Below, in pieces: positions 55,619 through 64,000 of a DNA stretch of 64,000 nucleotides. Origin of the DNA: Patescibacteria group bacterium. Its GTDB lineage: Bacteria > Patescibacteriota > Minisyncoccia > Ryanbacterales > GWA2-47-10b. The notes beneath the pieces are model-generated. The model had not been told where the DNA came from, ran no database searches, and was given only the letters and a program-made list of their open reading frames with translations. The position numbers and the translations under genes were made by a program. The DNA lies in contig JBBTQY010000003.1 in NCBI GenBank assembly GCA_038065475.1, positions 14,464 through 78,463 of the forward strand, given 5' to 3'. The stretch's first letter is position 1, and each line of letters starts with the position of its first letter.

Positions 55619-56668
55619 TTAATGATTTTGTGAAGGGTTCTCGACCACCTTTTGAATCTGAGAGACAGCCTCCTCCAAAGAATAACGATCGAGCACAATC
55701 TTTCGGCCATGATCTCCTAAACGAGCGCGCAACTCAGTATCACCTACTAGTCGTTCAAGTGCACTCACCCATTCAGTATCAGTCAACGCAAGAAAACCAC
55801 TTTTCCCATCATCAACGACATACTTCGCCTCACCAATACGCGAAGCGACGACGGGAAGTGCTGAAGCCATGTACTCAATAGCTTTAAGAGCGCACTTCGC
55901 ACGATTAAAATCAGAATCGACAAGCGGCATGACGCCGATATCAAAATGATACTTACCTATCAATGTGCTTGGTGTTTGCGCGTCTTTCCAATCAGCTTCA
56001 TCTATATAGACAACTTCATACCGAACATCCTTAAAGCAATCTTTGAGAGGTTGATAATTCTCTGAGCCAGCGATGACAAGGCGAAACGCTGCATTTCTTT
56101 CCGCGAGTTTATCGAGGGCGGGTTTGAGCACTGTAAAGTTTCCTTGCCGAAAATGTGCCTTCCCCTGCCCTATCCAACCAACCGTGATTGGAGGGGCAAC
56201 GCTCTTTGGCTTCTGGTACATACGTACATCAATACTTGTTGGTACCAATACAACCTGCTGCGCCTTCATACTTCGAGCATAATCAAAAATCTCATGTGAA
56301 CCCGCAAAAACTATATCAGCCATACGCATCAGTGCATGCGTCTTACGTGGCGAATGGATCCACTCAGCGTCATCGAGGTCATAGATAATTTGTTTGCCGT
56401 ATAATATTTTTGCAAGCCACAGCATAAAAGCGACGTCCCACGGAAAAAGAGACTTATGAACAAAAAGAATCTTAATATCTCGAGCACACATACGGCGCCA
56501 TAAGCTCCGTACCATATGTACTCGCGCACGCGAAATATCAGTAAATGCATACGCGATACTATGAATTACCTCGGCGTCGGGAGCTATGCTATCTCGCACC
56601 TGCCATACCCGGAGTCGCGAAGAGGCAGTATCGCGATCTCCTTTCGTTAAGAAAAGGATGGAGTTCAT
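55619..56668 (-). CDS. Glycosyltransferase family 4 (GT-B, group 1)
   Basis: C-terminal FRLVIAGSENYQ...DIGVMPLVDSDFNRAKCALKAIEYMASALPVVAS...VDDGKSGFL shows GT4 topology. Confidence 0.75.
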   Translation of the reverse strand: MNSILFLTKGDRDTASSRLRVWQVRDSIAPDAEVIHSIAYAFTDISRARVHMVRSLWRRMCARDIKILFVHKSLFPWDVAFMLWLAKILYGKQIIYDLDDAEWIHSPRKTHALMRMADIVFAGSHEIFDYARSMKAQQVVLVPTSIDVRMYQKPKSVAPPITVGWIGQGKAHFRQGNFTVLKPALDKLAERNAAFRLVIAGSENYQPLKDCFKDVRYEVVYIDEADWKDAQTPSTLIGKYHFDIGVMPLVDSDFNRAKCALKAIEYMASALPVVASRIGEAKYVVDDGKSGFLALTDTEWVSALERLVGDTELRARLGDHGRKIVLDRYSLEEAVSQIQKVVENPSQNH

Positions 56669-57744
56669 GCGCGCATTACTTTCTCTAAGAGCTCAGAAAT
56701 CTTTTGAGCTCGCGCCTCCCATGTATACTGCAGGGCGGAGGCACGCGCAGCTTTCCCTAATCGAGAGGCTAGCTCCTCATCTTCTACAATACGCAAGACC
56801 GCCTTGGCAAAAAGTTTTCCATCAAGCTTTTGTATAAGAATTCCATTTACTTCATTCTCTATCACTTCATCATTTGCTCCACCAAGCGTAGAGATGATTG
56901 GTTTACCGGCGGCGAGATATTCATATAGTTTAGAAGACACGCTGCCGGGATACACCGTTGAGAGCGGATTCACAAGAATATCGGCAGCACAGAGATACAC
57001 GGGCACCTCTGCAGGCACAATACGCTTAACAATAGTATATCGTCCCTCAAGACCCTCTTTTTTCATTTGTCTGTGTATCGCCTCCTCTTCATTCGCCGTA
57101 GGACCAACAAACACCAAATGAACATTCACACCCCTTAACTCCTGCATCATACTTACCAATACGTCGACTGAATACCACAAAAAACTTCCTGCATACATAA
57201 TGGTCGTCATGCCAGAAGGCACGCCAATACGCAAAAGATCGACGGAAGTATTATATTGCTCGACCGTGATTGCGTTGGTCGGCGCCACTATGTATGGCTG
57301 TCGCACATGATAATACTGCGCAAGCTTCTTTGTTATAAACACAACTCCATTACTTGAACGCACCGCAAAATGCCATAGCGGTAACAAAAATCGCCATTCA
57401 TGACTGCCATGTACCTCGAAAACTATTCTCTTACCTTTTATGAAACGAGCGAAAAGCGCTGGAAATATGAGCCATGGATCTCGAAAATATAAAACATCAT
57501 AATCTGCAGCACGCATAAGGTATAAAAAAGCAGATCGTCGTTTCGGACTTACGTCGAATACCAACGGAGTAGTGATCCCCTTATCAGATAAGATAGATTC
57601 GCGCGTTCGCGGCTCAGCAGCCAACGAGATGACGAGCACTCGCGTGCCTTCTACGCGCGATAAATATTCTGCTGTCTTAAGAATATTGACACTATGCGCT
57701 CGTGAAAGTGATAGTTTCGCCCGAGTAAGAATACGTATGTTCAT
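56665..57744 (-). CDS. Glycosyltransferase family 4 (GT-B, group 1)
   Basis: HLVFVGPTANEE...ADILVNPLSTVYPGSVSSKLYEYLAAGKPIIST...ENEVNGILI is the EX7E region. Confidence 0.8.
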   Translation of the reverse strand: MNIRILTRAKLSLSRAHSVNILKTAEYLSRVEGTRVLVISLAAEPRTRESILSDKGITTPLVFDVSPKRRSAFLYLMRAADYDVLYFRDPWLIFPALFARFIKGKRIVFEVHGSHEWRFLLPLWHFAVRSSNGVVFITKKLAQYYHVRQPYIVAPTNAITVEQYNTSVDLLRIGVPSGMTTIMYAGSFLWYSVDVLVSMMQELRGVNVHLVFVGPTANEEEAIHRQMKKEGLEGRYTIVKRIVPAEVPVYLCAADILVNPLSTVYPGSVSSKLYEYLAAGKPIISTLGGANDEVIENEVNGILIQKLDGKLFAKAVLRIVEDEELASRLGKAARASALQYTWEARAQKISELLEKVMRA

Positions 57745-57749
57745 TAAAT

Positions 57750-59075
57750 TTACAACGCGAGAGCATCCTGCAAGCGGCGCACAATGGCGCCACCGTGAAA
57801 TAATATATCAAGCATAGTAGCGATACCAAGAAGGGCGAGGGCAATTACAACAACTCGCCTGCTTTTTACGTCTTTCTTGTGTGCAATCAAAAAAGCAGCA
57901 GTAATCGCAAGTAAAGGATATAACACAAATCGATAACGGCTCTCAACAATAATGGGTATAACGCTCATCGGCTGCAACACAACTACAGCGCCCAAAAATA
58001 ATATTTTCACCTCACGAAATATGCGAGGTATAAGCATTAGCAAACCCGCTATACCACCTATAAATAGAAGTGCTGTCAAAATACCTGAGGCGACCAAAGT
58101 TAAAAGTCGGTGGATCGGATCGTCAGCAAGATGAATCCAAAAGCCGGTGGGTCGGATCAAGCTGAAATATAGCGCCGCCTTCTTGATTTGTAATACTATA
58201 AATTCTCCGGGTGACTCGAAAAGAAATTTTTTATATTCTCCTCGGGATATACGATCAAGCTCATTCATAGTAACCGTGTTGCGTACATGCTGAATCTCAG
58301 GTGTTTTCTCAAAACCGCCTGCAGCACCTTTATGATTTCCCACCCATAAATCATAACTACCGACGCTCGTGGTCAAAATAAAACGCCCATAGCGCTCAGA
58401 GACGGTATATGACCATGGACCAATAATGCAGATTGTGGCAAGCGCGAGCACAGCAAGGGCTCGCCAATCTCTCCTCCAGCCCAAAAGCAGCAAAACAAAG
58501 CCAAATGCAAGAAGTGCAGTTGGTCGAATCAATATAGCAAAAGGCCATAGCACTGCTGCGAGAATAAGCAGCATGCCTTGCCTGCGATCAAAAAAAGTAA
58601 AGGTTACTAGTAACGCAGCAAGGAAAACAAAAATAAAAAGTGTCTCAGTCAACAATAAACCGCTCACCACAATAAGGTCAGGAGTAAATGCAAACAAAAC
58701 ACTCGCAATCGTAGCTGCCCGCGGCATATCTGGAAACAAACGGCGAACAATGAACCACATGAGTATCACCGATGCACCTCGCAAGAGCGCTTGCAGCACC
58801 CAAACCGTCCATATCTTATGTCCAAAAATCCAATAGACAGCTGCGAGAAAAAATTGATACCCGGGCCCTACCCTAATAAGAGCCCAATCAAGCTCCGGCG
58901 TTAGCACATTACTTGCTTCTTCTATATATCCAAAACCCTGCGCAAGATTCCATCCGATCTTATCGTACGCTGCCGCATCAACACGCGGACGATCATGCCA
59001 ATAAAACGCATACGCCAGAGAGATAAGCGTGGTCGCGGCCGCAAGAACAAGAATATGCCGCGGTATATTTTTCAT
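57750..59075 (-). CDS. ArnT/PMT-like GT-C membrane glycosyltransferase
   Basis: [19 protein letters not shown]...[16 protein letters not shown] is a DxxY...PxY loop. Polytopic. 4-nt overlap with the downstream GT2. Confidence 0.7.
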   Translation of the reverse strand: MKNIPRHILVLAAATTLISLAYAFYWHDRPRVDAAAYDKIGWNLAQGFGYIEEASNVLTPELDWALIRVGPGYQFFLAAVYWIFGHKIWTVWVLQALLRGASVILMWFIVRRLFPDMPRAATIASVLFAFTPDLIVVSGLLLTETLFIFVFLAALLVTFTFFDRRQGMLLILAAVLWPFAILIRPTALLAFGFVLLLLGWRRDWRALAVLALATICIIGPWSYTVSERYGRFILTTSVGSYDLWVGNHKGAAGGFEKTPEIQHVRNTVTMNELDRISRGEYKKFLFESPGEFIVLQIKKAALYFSLIRPTGFWIHLADDPIHRLLTLVASGILTALLFIGGIAGLLMLIPRIFREVKILFLGAVVVLQPMSVIPIIVESRYRFVLYPLLAITAAFLIAHKKDVKSRRVVVIALALLGIATMLDILFHGGAIVRRLQDALAL

Positions 59076-59767
59076 GACCTATCAAAAAGATTGAAATAGA
59101 AGATTGCACCAATCGCCTTAAAGCCGTCACGCCAGGTAATTTTTTTACCTTCACGATAAGTTCGCCCATAGTAGTTAATCGGCACTTCATAGATACGCCA
59201 ACCATTGCGAGCTACACGAGCAACAAGCTCTGGTTCGATGCCAAATCTTTGAGATCTTAGTTTTGGAGCGATGATATCAATAACCTCTTTTTTAAATACC
59301 TTGTATCCTGTCTCCATATCGGAAAGATTAAGGTTCGTAAAAATATTGGAGAGCAATGTGAGCATGGTATTACCAAAGTAATGCCAAAAATAAAATACAC
59401 GCTGGTAATCCCCACGAAAACGAGAACCAAATACCACATCTGCCTTTCCCTCTTGAATCGGCCTTAGGAGCGCAGGGTAATCAGTCGGATCATATTCAAA
59501 ATCAGCATCTTGTATAAGGACAATATCACCCGTCGTCTCCAAAAATCCACGTTTGAGTGCCGCGCCCTTGCCCGCGTTCTTTTCAAGCAAAATGATTTTG
59601 ATATCGCTCATTTCTTTGAGAACGTCGCGCGTGCCATCGGTCGATCCATCATCAACAAGAATAATTTCCTTTTCTATACCGTCGAGCGGTACGGCAAAAA
59701 CGCGCGAGACAACCTCGCGCACCGTCTTTTTTTCATTGTATACCGGAATAACTATCGAGAGTTTCAT
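59072..59767 (-). CDS. GT2 polyprenyl-phosphate sugar synthase (ArnC/Dpm1-like)
   Basis: [20 protein letters not shown]...[17 protein letters not shown]...[11 protein letters not shown] motifs. Confidence 0.85.
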   Translation of the reverse strand: MKLSIVIPVYNEKKTVREVVSRVFAVPLDGIEKEIILVDDGSTDGTRDVLKEMSDIKIILLEKNAGKGAALKRGFLETTGDIVLIQDADFEYDPTDYPALLRPIQEGKADVVFGSRFRGDYQRVFYFWHYFGNTMLTLLSNIFTNLNLSDMETGYKVFKKEVIDIIAPKLRSQRFGIEPELVARVARNGWRIYEVPINYYGRTYREGKKITWRDGFKAIGAIFYFNLFDRS

Positions 59768-59844
59768 GCAACCAAAGAGACTTATATCTTATAACGCTCT
59801 TTATCAGCCTATCGTTTCCTCACTTCTTTCTAGCATAAAAACGC

Positions 59845-60951
59845 TTACTCTGCACCCATCAGCCCTCGCAAAAACAAAACAATACCTTCCGCACGCTTAT
59901 CCCAACTATATCGCTGTACTCGATCCCTTCCCTTTTGCGCGCGGCGAGCGCTCTCTTCGGGATTTGTTAAAACTTTTTTTATAACACGCTCAAATTCTTC
60001 TACACGATAATCTTGAACGAAAAATAATTCTTCGTCTCCTGCAACCTCACGAATTGATGGAAGGTCGGTTGCTACCGTAGGCGTACCTGATGCAAGATAC
60101 TCCATGATTTTAATGGGGGAAAAATATTTTTGCGCGCGCTCGCTATTCTTTTCATACGGTGCAATAAGCACGTCAGCGGCAAACATATACTTATTAATCT
60201 GAAGGACAGAAATAGTGGAAAATCGCCAGAAAAAATCATCTCTCTCTTCTCGCTCTGCACCAAATTCCACAAGTACAGTGCCGGGCAACGTTTTATTAAT
60301 ACGGCCGGATAACTCAGCCAAAAGAGCAGTCCCTTTCCATGCCTGCAGACTGCCCGCGTAAAGAATAATTTTTTTGTCTTCGGGCAAGTTGAGCTCCGCT
60401 CGAACTTCTGCTCGTGTTTTCTCCGGGACCAAAAGTGGATCGAATCCGTTGGGCGCAACTAAAAAACGATTTGCACTAATACCATAAGTGTTTGCGATAG
60501 CTTCTACTTTTGCCTTATTGGTCGAGACAATACCGCGTGCAGAGCGAAACACGCGACTATATATCATGGAAGGCATCTTACCAAGCGAGTGGCATTCAAA
60601 AAAGAAATTGTCTCGAAACCGTGGCGAGAGAAAAGAAAGAAGAAACGCTAGGAGAAGATCGCGAGTATAAAAAATTGTCTCGGGCGGCGCTTCGCGCACG
60701 ATACGGCGAAACGTAAGTGCACGAAAGAAGCTTTGCGGCCAAAGTATACCGAATAATTTTGGTAGCTCTTTTATAGAAAGATCGCCTGTGACGCCATAAC
60801 TCTCCAATACTTTTCTTTTCTTCTCGCCCATGCTTCCTACCCAGAGAGTAGCATCGGCGTGACGCGAAAAGGCCTCCGTCATCTTCATGACCTGGAGGCG
60901 GTTGGCGAGCGTTGAAGGATATGTGAGCGTTGTAAGATACCAGAGTGTCAT
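59845..60951 (-). CDS. Glycosyltransferase family 4 (GT-B, group 1)
   Basis: KKIILYAGSLQAWKG...ADVLIAPYEKNSERAQKYFSPIKIMEYLASGTPTVATD is the EX7E region. Confidence 0.8.
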   Translation of the reverse strand: MTLWYLTTLTYPSTLANRLQVMKMTEAFSRHADATLWVGSMGEKKRKVLESYGVTGDLSIKELPKLFGILWPQSFFRALTFRRIVREAPPETIFYTRDLLLAFLLSFLSPRFRDNFFFECHSLGKMPSMIYSRVFRSARGIVSTNKAKVEAIANTYGISANRFLVAPNGFDPLLVPEKTRAEVRAELNLPEDKKIILYAGSLQAWKGTALLAELSGRINKTLPGTVLVEFGAEREERDDFFWRFSTISVLQINKYMFAADVLIAPYEKNSERAQKYFSPIKIMEYLASGTPTVATDLPSIREVAGDEELFFVQDYRVEEFERVIKKVLTNPEESARRAQKGRDRVQRYSWDKRAEGIVLFLRGLMGAE

Positions 60952-60991
60952 CGTTGAAAATAAAGGCTTTTTTAAGTATTATTATGCTATC

Positions 60992-62422
60992 ATGGATCGT
61001 GAGAAAGTTCATTCACTAGGCTGCAATATCGACGACGATCGCACGCGCGATATTTTGGCGTCTATCACCGCATTGCCGTCGCTTGCGCGCCCCGCCGTCT
61101 GCCTCCCCGACCTTCACTTAAAAGAACGCACGGAAGCCCCCTCTTCGTTTGCGGCTGCCACACGCGACACCATCGTGCCCGAACTTACCGCGCCGTCAGT
61201 CGGCTGTGGCATGGGTGCACTCGTCACCTCGCTCTCGGTCAAAGACATTGACCATACTTTTTTTGAAGCATTTTTTCATGAGCTGCGCGCAAATCTTGGC
61301 CCGCGCTATGGGCACTTCAAAAATATTCTTTTGTGGCTCGGTATTATCGGCCGCCCCCATAAACCCTACGATCTGACCGAAGAAGAATTTGCCGATATTA
61401 TCAAACACGGTGCCCAAGCTGCAGTCGAGCGCTATAACCTACCCTCTGAATTTCTTGACCGTGTTGAATATCGTGGCTCGGTATATTCAAAAGAAGAACA
61501 AGAATCGCTCAATCTCAAAAACATCCTCCCGCGCATTTCATGGCGATCGGGCCGACATGACCTCGGCTACGGTTTTAAGGGAAATCATTTCTTGGAGATT
61601 CAGTATGTCGAGGAAATGATTGATATTAAAACTGCGCGTGATTGGGGTCTGAAAGAAGGATCGATCGTCATCATGTACCATGGTGGAGGAGGTGCGGTCT
61701 CTTATCACATTGGCCGTTACTTTGGTAACCGCAAGAAAAATACGGCAATACAAAAATTTGTACTCTTCTTTTTCAAAGCACTCTTTCATTTTGGCAATCC
61801 GAAAAAATGGAAGTATGCCGCAAAGCGCTTTCGCTACTATTTCCGCCCGAAACCCTTTATGGAAATTCCGCTTGATACGCCTGAGGGTGATCGCCTCTGG
61901 CAAGCGACTAAGGCATCGCTCAACTATAGCTACGGCTTTCGGATGGCGATCGCACGCCGCATCATTGATACGCTCTCAAAAGTATCTCCCAAAAAAGGTG
62001 TGACATCTTCGCTCATTGTCGATTCAACTCACAATGCCATCATGAAAGAAAAAGTAGGCAACGAAGAATTGGTAGTACACCGCCATACCGCAAATCGCGC
62101 ATTTCCTGACAAACCTTTGATTGTCTCAGGATTTAATACCACTAACTCTTATATTGCCGTTGGTCTTCCCAACGCAGAAGAGCATCTTTTTGCATCTGAT
62201 CACGGCGCGGGTATCACTATCAAAAAAATGCAAAATGAAGGTCTCTCGCGCCCTCACCCCAAAAACTTTGTCACCCACATCTACCAGACACGTTCGCCGT
62301 TTAAACGCGTAGTGGAACACATCACCAACGAAGGCATTGATTATGTAATGGAGACGCTCGAACGTGAAGGTATCGCGCGGCCCGTCGCCCGCCTTCGTCC
62401 ATTGGCTGTATTCAAAGGATAA
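60992..62422 (+). CDS. RtcB-family (3'-phosphate RNA ligase-like) protein
   Basis: Putative RtcB-like motifs in order: CLPDLH, VGCGMG (the Cys-containing DIGCG-like loop), GNHFLEIQ, MYHGGGGAVSYH, DSTHNAI, HRHTANRAF, SDHGAG. Start at the ATG 40 bp from the divergent GT4 gene. Confidence 0.6.
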   Translation: MDREKVHSLGCNIDDDRTRDILASITALPSLARPAVCLPDLHLKERTEAPSSFAAATRDTIVPELTAPSVGCGMGALVTSLSVKDIDHTFFEAFFHELRANLGPRYGHFKNILLWLGIIGRPHKPYDLTEEEFADIIKHGAQAAVERYNLPSEFLDRVEYRGSVYSKEEQESLNLKNILPRISWRSGRHDLGYGFKGNHFLEIQYVEEMIDIKTARDWGLKEGSIVIMYHGGGGAVSYHIGRYFGNRKKNTAIQKFVLFFFKALFHFGNPKKWKYAAKRFRYYFRPKPFMEIPLDTPEGDRLWQATKASLNYSYGFRMAIARRIIDTLSKVSPKKGVTSSLIVDSTHNAIMKEKVGNEELVVHRHTANRAFPDKPLIVSGFNTTNSYIAVGLPNAEEHLFASDHGAGITIKKMQNEGLSRPHPKNFVTHIYQTRSPFKRVVEHITNEGIDYVMETLEREGIARPVARLRPLAVFKG

Positions 62423-62429
62423 AAAATAA

Positions 62430-62470
62430 AAAAATGCCCCCACACCGCGGTGATGTGAGGGCACCCGTCA
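62430..62470 (-). terminator. Putative intrinsic terminator after the high-GC orphan gene
   Basis: Imperfect GC hairpin (TGCCC...GGGCA with an inner CAC/GTG pairing) followed on the minus strand by TTTTTTTATTTTTT. Confidence 0.4.
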
Positions 62471-62510
62471 GAGGCATATCGGGTAAAACCTTTTGTTGTA
62501 TCGCCGGAGA

Positions 62511-63083
62511 CTAGGCTGCGAGCCGCGCCGCAAGATCGTCGCCAAGCCAGTCGCGGTCGAGCCAGAAGTGGTATCCGCGCCACCTGCCGTTGAAGCAGAG
62601 ATAACGGACGTACAGGTGGCCATCCAAGCAGCGGTAGATGGTACCCCAAAAAAAGACGGCCTTCCCCTTCTCCTTCCACTCCTCGGGGATGAGGTGCTGG
62701 TTGGCGAGCAGGTAGTCCAACACGTTCGCATTGAGCACGGGTACCGAGGCGAGCTCGCGGCGGAGCTTGTTGCCCTCGATGACCTTGCCGTTCTGCTGGT
62801 TCGGTGAGAGATGAAGCGAGACCTTTGTGGGGTCCCACTCGAACTGGCCGTACCTCCGATGCTCCTCGACCCTCCATCCGTCGGGGATGAATGGGTTCGC
62901 ATCGCAGTCGATGGTGTGGCGGATGGGCGTCACCTCTCCGTGACCACGAATGATGGAGAGCACCTGTGCGAGGATATCGCCCTCGCACATCTTCTTGATG
63001 TCCGCGTTGGTGTAACCAGCGCGGCGGCACGCGAGTTTGAACTCGTTGGCCTGTCCTACATCGAGCATAAGCTCTGCGCTCAC
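62511..63083 (-). CDS. Hypothetical protein (190 aa), strongly GC-rich, lying between two RtcB-like paralogs
   Basis: GTG start with AAAGGAG 6 nt upstream. ATG alternative at 63068. I recognise no domain. The overlapping 327-aa track ORF is an Arg/Pro-rich alternate-frame artefact. Confidence 0.5.
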   Translation of the reverse strand: MSAELMLDVGQANEFKLACRRAGYTNADIKKMCEGDILAQVLSIIRGHGEVTPIRHTIDCDANPFIPDGWRVEEHRRYGQFEWDPTKVSLHLSPNQQNGKVIEGNKLRRELASVPVLNANVLDYLLANQHLIPEEWKEKGKAVFFWGTIYRCLDGHLYVRYLCFNGRWRGYHFWLDRDWLGDDLAARLAA

Positions 63084-63220
63084 AAAGAGCTCCTTTTGTC
63101 TGGCAACAGCGTTCGTCCGAACAATGTTGCGGGTTTATTTCCAGAAATATAATACTATATATATTTTTATATGTCAATGGCAGACGCGGCAATAAAAAAT
63201 CGTTATAATACAATAACTTT

Positions 63221-64000
63221 ATGAATTTCTCTTGCGACAATATTGAACACCCAGAAATTCGCGGCAAGCTCGCGCGTATTTCGCGCGTCGGCAGCATGGC
63301 GCGATCACCTGTGTGTCTCCCCAATATTCACCCCAAGGCTGGCCTTGAATCGCCTCCTCAATTTGTCGCGGCAACCCGCGACACTATCGTACCGCAGCTG
63401 ACGGCACCCGCCATGAACTGCGGTATGAGTGTATTTCGCACCACACTCAAAAAAGAAGATTTCTCGCCCGAATTTCTCAAAGATTTTGCCGCGCGACTCC
63501 GCTCAGGTGTCCTCCCCCGTGAAAGCAGATTCAAAGGATTTTTAGCGTGGCTCGGCACTTATGAGAAACCATCAACCAAATATGATCTTTCGCGTGAAGA
63601 GTTACGCGAGTTCTTTTTAGAGGGCGCGCCTGCCGCCGCACGCAAGTATGGCATAGCGCCTGCCGAACTTGAACACATGGAATACGGCGGTAACATCATC
63701 AGCGAATCCGAGAAAAAAGATATTGATTTGAGTGACCTCGTCCCCCGCTCATCATGGACCAACGGACGCCATGAGATGGGTTATAATTTCGGCGGCAATC
63801 ATTTCTTGGAACTCCACACGGTAGAAAAAATCGACAACCAAGAAATGGCATCCGCTTGGAATATTTCCGAAGGAGATATTTTAATGTTCTACCACGGCGG
63901 TGGGGGTCACGCGACCTATCACCTCGGCCGCTATTTTGGCCGCAGAAAAAAGAACACACCTGCGGAAAAACTCGCACTCTTTTTCTTGAAACTGATGTTC
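63221..64000 (+). CDS. Second RtcB-family paralog, partial (continues beyond the window end)
   Basis: Hand translation gives MNFSCDNIEHPEIRGKLARI...CLPNIH...ATRDTIVPQLTAPAMNCGMS...GGNHFLELH...FYHGGGGHATYHLGRYFGRRKKNT. It is collinear with the 60992 protein at roughly 45-50% identity. TATAAT lies 13 nt upstream. Confidence 0.6.
   Translation, partial: MNFSCDNIEHPEIRGKLARISRVGSMARSPVCLPNIHPKAGLESPPQFVAATRDTIVPQLTAPAMNCGMSVFRTTLKKEDFSPEFLKDFAARLRSGVLPRESRFKGFLAWLGTYEKPSTKYDLSREELREFFLEGAPAAARKYGIAPAELEHMEYGGNIISESEKKDIDLSDLVPRSSWTNGRHEMGYNFGGNHFLELHTVEKIDNQEMASAWNISEGDILMFYHGGGGHATYHLGRYFGRRKKNTPAEKLALFFLKLMF

Noticed and set aside
62341-63324. A 327-aa Arg/Pro/Gly-rich minus-strand ORF, plus overlapping ORFs 62468-62902 and 62493-62807.
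   Set aside because: These are low-complexity alternate-frame ORFs in GC-rich DNA. They overlap the RtcB 3' end, the RtcB-like 5' end and the better-supported 190-aa ORF (62511-63083), which has an SD-coupled start.
1-64000. Search for CRISPR arrays, tRNA or rRNA genes, and transposase or integrase genes as markers of mobile elements.
   Set aside because: I found no direct-repeat/spacer periodicity, no cloverleaf-like conserved tRNA segments in the few intergenic gaps, and no recombinase-like ORFs. The GC islands are not flanked by recognisable inverted or direct repeats, so I cannot name a specific mobile element.

Overview
This 64-kb window is almost entirely coding and has two parts. It looks like a small-genome, Patescibacteria/CPR-like bacterium; that is an inference from gene content and cannot be confirmed without tools.

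The first part (1-12.4 kb) is housekeeping genes plus a few secreted or membrane proteins: RsmI, a DUF192 protein, a secreted trypsin-like protease, a coiled-coil secreted protein, an MsbA-like ABC exporter, DUF1653, a CMP/dCMP-type deaminase, a MutT-like Nudix hydrolase, SecA, HPF and MurB.

The second part (12.6 kb to the end) is a very large surface-glycan biosynthesis locus:
- A WbaP-like polyprenyl-phosphate sugar phosphotransferase, an O-antigen-ligase/TPR protein and a Wzx flippase.
- Six ArnT/PMT-like GT-C membrane glycosyltransferases, three GT2 polyprenyl-phosphate-sugar synthases, an ArnE/F-like flippase subunit and a LAB_N protein.
- Seven SAM methyltransferases, four GT4 glycosyltransferases and one GT2 glycosyltransferase.
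- Three nucleotide-sugar modules: a GDP-heptose module (HddA, HddC-GmhB fusion, 4,6-dehydratase, 3,5-epimerase, two Fcl-like reductases); a Gmd/aminotransferase (perosamine-like) module; and a 4-amino-6-deoxy-N-acetyl sugar module.

The most unusual content:
- A cobalamin-binding radical-SAM enzyme, a SAM methyltransferase and a TPP-dependent E1 alpha/beta pair sit inside the heptose module. This points to an undescribed C-modified, methylated or branched deoxy-heptose pathway.
- Several blocks are sharply GC-rich against the ~45% GC background. They contain orphan ORFs, including a convergent pair flanked by strong bidirectional terminators.
- A CotH-kinase/beta-helix protein, a VTC-DUF4956 gene pair and two tandem RtcB-like paralogs flank a high-GC orphan gene.

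No rRNA, tRNA, CRISPR array, transposase or integrase was recognised. Coordinates I derived by eye (terminators, promoters, the small zinc-ribbon ORF, the partial ORF at position 1) may be off by 1-2 nt.
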